From: Paracoccaceae bacterium
GTDB taxonomy: Bacteria; Pseudomonadota; Alphaproteobacteria; Rhodobacterales; Rhodobacteraceae
DNA length: 42,359 nt
Assembly (NCBI GenBank): GCA_020425105.1
Contig: JAGQRU010000136.1
Location: 1-42,359, forward strand
Direction: 5' to 3'
Under the pieces are notes generated by a model. That model ran no database searches, was not told the DNA's origin, and saw only the letters and a program-made list of their open reading frames with translations. The position numbers were made by a program, and so were the translations under genes. Shown here piece after piece: positions 36,398 to 42,359 of the stretch; the stretch's first letter is position 1, and the number at the start of each line of letters is the position of its first letter.

Positions 36398-37333
36398 ATG
36401 AAACTTAATCAGCTTCGTGATTTCGTTGCGGTCGCCGAACGTGGCAGCCTGCGTGCCGCGGCACGAGAAACAGGGATGGCGCAGCCCGCGATAACCCGCA
36501 GCATTCAGGCGCTGGAGCATTCGCTTGGCGCGCAACTGTTCGTAAGGCAAGCGCGCGGCGTTCAATTGACGCCCGTTGGCGAAGACTTTCTTATACGGGC
36601 AATGGCAGTCTTGAACGAGGTGCGGCGCGCCAGAGAAGCGGTGCGCCAGCGGCAAGGCGATCTCGACGGCGAACTCGCGTTGGGTTTTTCAATCGCAGCG
36701 CATTTCGGCGTGTTGTCAGAGGTGCTTCCGGCCTTCAAGCGGCGCTATCCAAACATCAGGCTGCGCCTTGTCGAAGGTTTCTTTCCGACGCTGGAGACCG
36801 ATTTGCGGAACGGGCTTCTTGATGTCTATGTCGGCCCTATGCCGGATGTCGGGCATCCTGCAGACCTGTCTGTCAGCAAGCTTTTCGACAATCGGCGGGT
36901 TGTTGTCGGGCGCTGCAATCACCCGCTTCGGGGCGCACGCCGTCTGGGCGATTTGTCTGATGCGGAATGGATGACCACTTCGATCACGCGCGATGCCGCC
37001 GACGAGCTGCGGCAGGTTTTTGCAGAAGCCGGTATAAAGGTTCCTCGCCTTATCTATCAGACCCAAAGCGCCCTTTCGGCACTGGTGACTTTGATCCACA
37101 CCGATGCGCTTGCCATGATGCCGGTGCAATGGGTCGAGGCACCGCTTGTCAATGGATGGCTTGAGAGCATTCCCCTGGAAGAGGACTTCGCGGCCCCTCC
37201 GATTATGCTCGTACAGCGTACGGGGCTTGGGATGACGCCCGCAGGCGAATACTTCATACATCTCGTTCAGCGGCTGGTAGGACGAGACGGCACGCCAAGG
37301 GATGCCAATTCTTTATCGCTCAGGCAATTTTGA
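36398..37333 (+). CDS. LysR-family transcriptional regulator
   Basis: MKLNQLRDFVAVAERGSLRAAARETGMAQPAITRSIQALE...LFVR; start at ATG 36398. Confidence 0.93.
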   Translation: MKLNQLRDFVAVAERGSLRAAARETGMAQPAITRSIQALEHSLGAQLFVRQARGVQLTPVGEDFLIRAMAVLNEVRRAREAVRQRQGDLDGELALGFSIAAHFGVLSEVLPAFKRRYPNIRLRLVEGFFPTLETDLRNGLLDVYVGPMPDVGHPADLSVSKLFDNRRVVVGRCNHPLRGARRLGDLSDAEWMTTSITRDAADELRQVFAEAGIKVPRLIYQTQSALSALVTLIHTDALAMMPVQWVEAPLVNGWLESIPLEEDFAAPPIMLVQRTGLGMTPAGEYFIHLVQRLVGRDGTPRDANSLSLRQF

Positions 37334-37390
37334 AATCTTTAGAAATCAGACAATGCGCCTAGTCTCTGTTCCAATTCGGGAGGAGAGGCC

Positions 37391-39064
37391 ATGAAACGTA
37401 CGGTTGCGGATGTTGTTGTTGTCGGCGCGGGACCCTGTGGTCTGATGCTGGCATTGGAACTGGGCGCACGGGGTATCAAGACCATCGTGCTCGATCGCGA
37501 ACAGGGCGTGGCAACCGCGCCGCAGGCCAATGCCACGCAGGCGCGGTCGATGGAGCATTATCGCCGCCACGGTTTCGCCCATGAGATCCGCCAACTCGGT
37601 ATGCCCGGAGATCATCCGACCGATCTGGCCTATTTCACGACCTATGCAGGTCACGAGTTGGCGCGGCACCGAATGCCCTGCTCCAATGACGCTGGCCGTA
37701 CCGTGCGAGAACAGGCGCACATATGGAACGCCGCCGAGCTTCCGCATCGCGTGCCGCAAAGCCTGGTCGAGCAAACCTTGCTGCGGAAGGTCGAGGCATA
37801 CGATTGTGTCGAAGTGCTGTTTGAAACCGAGGTGACGGGCTTTGTCGAGGATGACGACGGAGTTGTCGTTGATGCCAAGGATCTAACCTCGGGTGAAACG
37901 CATATCGCGAGGGGCAGGTACTTTTTCGCCGCCGATGGCGCACAAAGCCGCATCCGCAAGCAACTCGGCATTCGTTATGGTGGCTCGGACGCTGCGCATC
38001 GCGACTTCATGGGGGGGCGGATGCTGTCGATTTATCTCGACGCACCAGCCTTTTACAACGAACTCGGCATTCCCCGTGCATGGATGTACTGGACCTTCAA
38101 CCGTCGTCGCCGGGCGCTTCTTGCAACGGTTGACGGCAAAGGCAGCTTTGTGCTGCAGACGCAGCTGCGCGACGGCGAAGACGCGGACAGCATGACCCAG
38201 GAAGAGGCCGGGGCGCTGTTTCTACAGGCCGTCGGTCGCGAGATACCCTACAAGGTGACGGGGATTGCGTCTTGGCTAGCCGGTCGGGCGCTTGTGGCCG
38301 ATAAGTTTCAGGATGGCCGTGTCTTTCTGGGTGGCGACGCAGTGCATCTTTTCACGCCGACGGGTGGCATGGGCTACAACACCGCGATCGAGGATGCAGT
38401 TAATATCGGCTGGAAACTCGCCGCGGTGGTCAAGGGGCAGGCGATGCCTGCACTGCTTGACAGCTATGCTGCCGAGCGTCGCCCCGTTGCCTTGCGCAAC
38501 ACGCAATTCGCCCTGAAGTTCGCGGATTCCGTGGGACTCTACGTGCCTTCCCCTGCAATCGAGGATGAAGGCTCTGCGGGCGAGGCCGCGCGCGCGCGCG
38601 CAGGCGCCTATCTGGGACGGCATGCGCAACATGAATTCACCATTCCGGGCTTCACCCTTGGCGCGCGCTACGACGGCTCGCCCGCGATCTGCCACGACCG
38701 CACGCCGGCGCCGCCCGATGATCCGTCGGTCTATGTCCCGTCAGGCAAGCCAGGTGGCCGTGCTCCGCATGCGTGGCTGAGCGATGATGCATCGCTTTTT
38801 GACAAATTCGGCTTTGACTGGACACTGCTCGTGTTTTCCTCGGATACAGGTGCAGCGCAACATTTCGCCGAAGTCGCCAAGGAGCGTGCTCTTTCCCTGA
38901 AGATTCTGACCTTGGCGGATGAGCGTGTGGCTTGCGATCTTTACGACGCGCCCGCGGCGCTCATCCGTCCCGATCAGGTCGTCGGCTGGCGTGGAGACTG
39001 CGCGACGTTGGAAGAGGCGCAGTCGATCTTCGATGTGTTGACCGGCGGGGTGGGCCGCGCCTAG
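37391..39064 (+). CDS. FAD-dependent aromatic-ring monooxygenase (PheA/TfdB/RebC-type), different subfamily from the two MhpA-like genes
   Basis: VGAGPCG, ARSMEHYRR, ADGAQSRIRK, LGGDAVHLFTPTGGMGYNTAIED, PGGRAPHAWL, LIRPDQVVGWRG; RBS GGAGGAG. Confidence 0.9.
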   Translation: MKRTVADVVVVGAGPCGLMLALELGARGIKTIVLDREQGVATAPQANATQARSMEHYRRHGFAHEIRQLGMPGDHPTDLAYFTTYAGHELARHRMPCSNDAGRTVREQAHIWNAAELPHRVPQSLVEQTLLRKVEAYDCVEVLFETEVTGFVEDDDGVVVDAKDLTSGETHIARGRYFFAADGAQSRIRKQLGIRYGGSDAAHRDFMGGRMLSIYLDAPAFYNELGIPRAWMYWTFNRRRRALLATVDGKGSFVLQTQLRDGEDADSMTQEEAGALFLQAVGREIPYKVTGIASWLAGRALVADKFQDGRVFLGGDAVHLFTPTGGMGYNTAIEDAVNIGWKLAAVVKGQAMPALLDSYAAERRPVALRNTQFALKFADSVGLYVPSPAIEDEGSAGEAARARAGAYLGRHAQHEFTIPGFTLGARYDGSPAICHDRTPAPPDDPSVYVPSGKPGGRAPHAWLSDDASLFDKFGFDWTLLVFSSDTGAAQHFAEVAKERALSLKILTLADERVACDLYDAPAALIRPDQVVGWRGDCATLEEAQSIFDVLTGGVGRA

Positions 39065-39819
39065 TCGGCGGTCCAGCCACCGTCGAGCATCAATGCGCTG
39101 CCGGTCATCAGCGAAGATGCGTCAGAGCCAAGGAAAACCGCGGCACCTGTAACGTCCCCGACCTGACCGATCCGGCCCAGCTTGATCTTGCCCAGGACCG
39201 CGGCCTTGAAGGCCGGGTCCTCGAAGAACGGCTTCGTCAGCGGTGTTTCGATGAAGGTCGGGCAGATGGTGTTGACCCGGATGCCTTTGGGGCCAAGCTC
39301 GACCGCGAGCGCCTTGGTGAACCCCTCGATCGCCCATTTGGAGGCGCAGTAAAGCGTGCGGTTGGCCGCGCCGACATGGCCCATCTGCGAGGACATGTTG
39401 ATGATCGAGCCGGTCTTTCCCGCGGCGACCATCGCGGATGAGACCGCCTGCGCGGCGAACACCGCCGCCTTTACGTTGAGGTCGAGCACCGCGTCATAAT
39501 CGTCCTCGGTCACATCGACGAGCGGCTTGGGCCGGTTGGTCCCGGCGTTGTTGACAAAGATATCGACCGCCGGCAGGTCCGCGACGCGCGCGGCAAAGCC
39601 CGCGATGTCGGTCACATCGGCGACCAGTGGTTCGGCCTTGTACCCTTGCGCGCGCAGGTCATTTGTCAATTCCTCGATCTCGTCGCGGCTGCGGGCGCAG
39701 AGGATCACCTCCGCGCCGGCTTCGGCATAGGCCTCGGCGATGGCGCGGCCTATGCCGCGCCCCGCTCCGGTGATCAGCGCCCGTTTCCCGTCGAGCCGAA
39801 AGGACGGCGCCGCGCTCAT
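39061..39819 (-). CDS. Classical SDR (possibly HpsO-like) coupled to the HisD paralogue
   Basis: [44 protein letters not shown]; ATGA overlap at 39816-39819. Confidence 0.88.
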   Translation of the reverse strand: MSAAPSFRLDGKRALITGAGRGIGRAIAEAYAEAGAEVILCARSRDEIEELTNDLRAQGYKAEPLVADVTDIAGFAARVADLPAVDIFVNNAGTNRPKPLVDVTEDDYDAVLDLNVKAAVFAAQAVSSAMVAAGKTGSIINMSSQMGHVGAANRTLYCASKWAIEGFTKALAVELGPKGIRVNTICPTFIETPLTKPFFEDPAFKAAVLGKIKLGRIGQVGDVTGAAVFLGSDASSLMTGSALMLDGGWTAD

Positions 39820-41144
39820 TCCGCCGCCTCTTGCGGCGCGGCAGCGGCGCCGTAAGGCACGTTGCGGCCGCCGTAGCGGCGCACGCGGACGTTGCATTGC
39901 TCGGCATGGCCGACAAAGCCTTCGAGCATGCAAAGCCGCGAGCCGAATTCGCCAACCAGCGCCGCGGCCTCGTCGGTGATGACACGCTGATAGCTGTGCG
40001 TTTTCAGGAACTTGCCGACCCAAAGCCCGCCGGTGTAGCGCCCGGCCTTCTTGGTGGGCAGCGTGTGGTTCGTGCCGATCACCTTGTCGCCATTGGCCAC
40101 GTTGGTGCGCGGCCCCAGGAACAGCGCCCCATAGCTGTGCATGTTCTCCAGGAACCAGTCATCGCGGTCGGTCATGATCTGAACGTGTTCCGAGGCGATG
40201 TCATTGGCAACCGTCAACATCTCGTCATAGGTGTCGCAAACGATCACCTCGCCATAATCCGCCCAGCTGACCGAGGCGGTTTCACGGGTCGGCAGGATCG
40301 CAAGGATGCGGTCGATCTCGGCCAGCGTGTCCTCGGCAAGCTTGCGCGAATTCGTCAGCAGGACTGCGGGTGAGTTGTAGCCGTGTTCGGCCTGACCCAG
40401 CAGGTCGGTCGCGCACATCTCGGCGTCCACGGTTTCGTCCGCGATGACCATGGTTTCGGTCGGGCCTGCGAAAAGGTCGATGCCCACCCGCCCGAACAGT
40501 TGGCGCTTGGCCTCGGCGACGAAGGCATTGCCCGGACCGACCAGCATGTCGACCGGCTTGATGGTCTCGGTCCCGATGGCCATGCCGCCGACGGCCTGCA
40601 TGCCGCCAAGGACATAGATTTCATGCGCGCCGCCCATGTGCATGGCCGCGACGATGGCGGGATGTGGTGCGCCGTTCACGGGCGGGGCCGAGGCGACAAT
40701 GCGCGGCACCCCCGCGACCGATGCCGTCAGAACCGACATATGCGCCGAGGCCACCATCGGGAATTTGCCGCCCGGCACGTAACACCCGACAGATTGGACG
40801 GGGATATTCTTGTGGCCGAGGATCACGCCAGGAAGCGTTTCCACCTCGACATCGGTCATCGAGGCACGTTGCGCTTCGGCAAATCGCCGGATTTGCGTCT
40901 GGGCGAACCTGATGTCCTCCATTTCGCGAAACGACACCTGTTGTATCGCGGCCTCGATCTCGGATGGGCTCAGCAGAAAGCTCTTCGGCTCATACTTGTC
41001 GAATTTCGCGGACAGTTCACGGATCGCGGCGTCGCCGCGGATCTCGATATCCTTCAGGGTCGTCTCGACGATCCCGCGGACTTTTGCGTCATCTTCGGCG
41101 CGCTCGGTTTCCGGTTTACCAGTCTTAAGGTGTTCGATTGCCAT
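39816..41144 (-). CDS. Histidinol-dehydrogenase paralogue, HpsN (sulfopropanediol 3-dehydrogenase)-like
   Basis: [54 protein letters not shown]; no his genes nearby; LacI-HisD-SDR order; start MAIEHLK after GGAAGG. Confidence 0.8.
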   Translation of the reverse strand: MAIEHLKTGKPETERAEDDAKVRGIVETTLKDIEIRGDAAIRELSAKFDKYEPKSFLLSPSEIEAAIQQVSFREMEDIRFAQTQIRRFAEAQRASMTDVEVETLPGVILGHKNIPVQSVGCYVPGGKFPMVASAHMSVLTASVAGVPRIVASAPPVNGAPHPAIVAAMHMGGAHEIYVLGGMQAVGGMAIGTETIKPVDMLVGPGNAFVAEAKRQLFGRVGIDLFAGPTETMVIADETVDAEMCATDLLGQAEHGYNSPAVLLTNSRKLAEDTLAEIDRILAILPTRETASVSWADYGEVIVCDTYDEMLTVANDIASEHVQIMTDRDDWFLENMHSYGALFLGPRTNVANGDKVIGTNHTLPTKKAGRYTGGLWVGKFLKTHSYQRVITDEAAALVGEFGSRLCMLEGFVGHAEQCNVRVRRYGGRNVPYGAAAAPQEAAE

Positions 41145-41220
41145 CGGTCTGTCCTTCCATGCGACGTTGGCAATCACCTATGCTGCTGGCCAGATTCCAT
41201 GCAATCATCTCAGTGCGCAT

Positions 41221-41233
41221 TGAAATTATTTCA
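41221..41233. promoter_or_regulatory. Putative LacI-family operator upstream of the HisD paralogue
   Basis: TGAAATTATTTCA, perfect odd palindrome; near copy TGAAATATTTTCA at 42250-42262 upstream of the LacI gene. Confidence 0.55.
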
Positions 41234-42226
41234 CGCACTGTCCCGCTCAATCAGCCGGACGGGAGCGATCCTTATTGTTCCGCAAACCTCAGGGTCCAGC
41301 AGCTGCGCCTGGATGAGTTCCAACGTGTCAGCGACCATCCGGCGAATGGGCTGGCGAACCGTCGTCAGCCTGTAGGACGGCCAGGACGCCATTGGAATAT
41401 CGTCAAAACCGATGACGGCAATATCGTCGGGCACCCGCAACCCCGCCACTCGCGCGGCATCTATCGCTGCCAGAGCCATGATATCGTTCAGGCAGAATAA
41501 CGCATCAGGCCGACCGCTTTCCGCAAGCAACTCTCGCACAACATCGAACGCAACATCGTATTTGAATTCCCCGGAAATCGCCGCCGTTAGCCGTATGTCG
41601 GCTTCGGCAAGTCGATCGCAAAATCCCCGGCTTCGCTCCAGGTGCGTGGACGTATTCACCCTGCCGCCAACCATTCCGATCCTGCGAAATCCGGCTTCGA
41701 TAAACTTTTCGGCCGCAAGTCGGCCGCCGCCGTAATTGTCACATGTCACCGCGGTCATGCGCCGATCCGGTTGCACCCGATTGAAAAGGATGACCGGCAT
41801 ATTCTGGGCGCGGCAGTCCCGAGCCATGCGGGACGACATCAACGACGATGTCACGATGGCAGCCTCTGATCTATAGTCCAGAACCTGCCTCAGAACACTA
41901 TCCACGTCTTCCTGTGGCGGCACCGCATGAAGGATAAGCCGCCGTCCGCTGGCGTGTATCGCGTGCGACAACGCATTGGCCGCCATCGGGTAGAACGGGT
42001 TGTCCATGTCTGCCACGACCAAAGTGATGGTCTTGTCGGCAAGGCGCGCGACCGCTTGGGCGGAAGGCGGCAGATAGCCAAGCCGTTTCGCAGCTGCGAG
42101 GATTCTGGCGCGCTTTTCTTCGCTCAGAGAGCGATCCTGGCGAAAAGCCCGCGACACTGCCGAGCGCGACACCTCCGCTTCAACTGCAACGTCTGCTGCC
42201 GTTACTGTCGTCCCTGATTTCCCCAT
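41231..42226 (-). CDS. LacI-family transcriptional regulator (HpsR-like)
   Basis: VTAADVAVEAEVSRSAVSRAF HTH; DNPFY, PDALFCLNDIMA, VPDDIAVIGFDD, LTTVRQP. Confidence 0.93.
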   Translation of the reverse strand: MGKSGTTVTAADVAVEAEVSRSAVSRAFRQDRSLSEEKRARILAAAKRLGYLPPSAQAVARLADKTITLVVADMDNPFYPMAANALSHAIHASGRRLILHAVPPQEDVDSVLRQVLDYRSEAAIVTSSLMSSRMARDCRAQNMPVILFNRVQPDRRMTAVTCDNYGGGRLAAEKFIEAGFRRIGMVGGRVNTSTHLERSRGFCDRLAEADIRLTAAISGEFKYDVAFDVVRELLAESGRPDALFCLNDIMALAAIDAARVAGLRVPDDIAVIGFDDIPMASWPSYRLTTVRQPIRRMVADTLELIQAQLLDPEVCGTIRIAPVRLIERDSA

Positions 42227-42249
42227 CCGGAATCCCGCTACCTATCATA

Positions 42250-42262
42250 TGAAATATTTTCA
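42250..42262. promoter_or_regulatory. Second putative LacI-family operator
   Basis: ATGAAA-TAT-TTTCAT (42249-42263), just upstream of the LacI start codon at 42226. Confidence 0.5.
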
Positions 42263-42333
42263 TTCACGGTTTCATCCCTTGCCATACCGCGCCAACCGAC
42301 CTTAACCAAGTCCAAAAACGAGGATTAGGCCAC

Positions 42334-42359
42334 GTGAAGTTAGGTGTACCGAAGGAGCT
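42334..42359 (+). CDS. 5' end of a probable AlaDH/PntA-family protein (alanine dehydrogenase or transhydrogenase alpha); partial
   Basis: RBS GAGGA (42320-42324), then GTG AAG TTA GGT GTA CCG AAG GAG = MKLGVPKE, the 'IGVPKE' start of this family; only 8 full codons visible. Confidence 0.5.

Noticed and set aside
39816-41144. Canonical hisD (histidine biosynthesis)
   Set aside because: No his genes nearby; LacI/SDR context and sequence features fit the catabolic paralogue group.
5138-41375. Many long antisense or alternate-frame ORFs (e.g. 5138-6229, 10775-12448, 20356-21636, 26833-27942, 40383-41375)
   Set aside because: Shadow ORFs expected in GC-rich coding DNA; they overlap well-supported genes and show no recognisable motifs.
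1-42359. CRISPR array, tRNA/rRNA, integrase, prophage or defence genes
   Set aside because: No regularly spaced repeats, cloverleaf or rRNA signatures, or corresponding protein motifs were found by eye.

Overview
GC-rich alphaproteobacterial DNA, probably Rhodobacteraceae (inferred from gene families and promoter style). The left end carries a taurine-type locus: a partial TRAP DctP (tauK-like) divergent from a MocR-family tauR. Next comes a decayed insertion-sequence pile-up (IS110 5' stub, frameshifted IS3 element with intact inverted repeats, IS1595 fragment). A TetR/SDR/LinD-like GST/SDR/SDR/LysR block follows. From about 8.9 to 39.1 kb lies a dense aromatic-catabolism region: three FAD-dependent hydroxylases, two VOC extradiol-type dioxygenases, two FAH-family hydrolases, an SMP-30 lactonase, a PhdK-like aldehyde dehydrogenase, a 4,5-dihydroxyphthalate-decarboxylase-like protein, an SDR, a beta-like GST, three TRAP systems (one with a frameshifted dctM), a sugar-type ABC transporter and GntR/IclR/LysR regulators. 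The right end has a LacI regulator, a HisD paralogue (HpsN-like), an SDR and the first codons of a PntA/Ald-like gene. The main candidate novelty is that the palindrome AAAATATATTTT recurs in six promoter regions of the catabolic block, with a second 17-bp IclR-type box at three of the lower-pathway promoters. This suggests one hierarchically regulated pathway with two hydroxylase-dioxygenase-FAH triads for an unidentified, possibly two-ring or resorcinol-type, aromatic substrate. I saw no rRNA, tRNA or CRISPR array. All family calls come from motif recognition by eye, not database searches.
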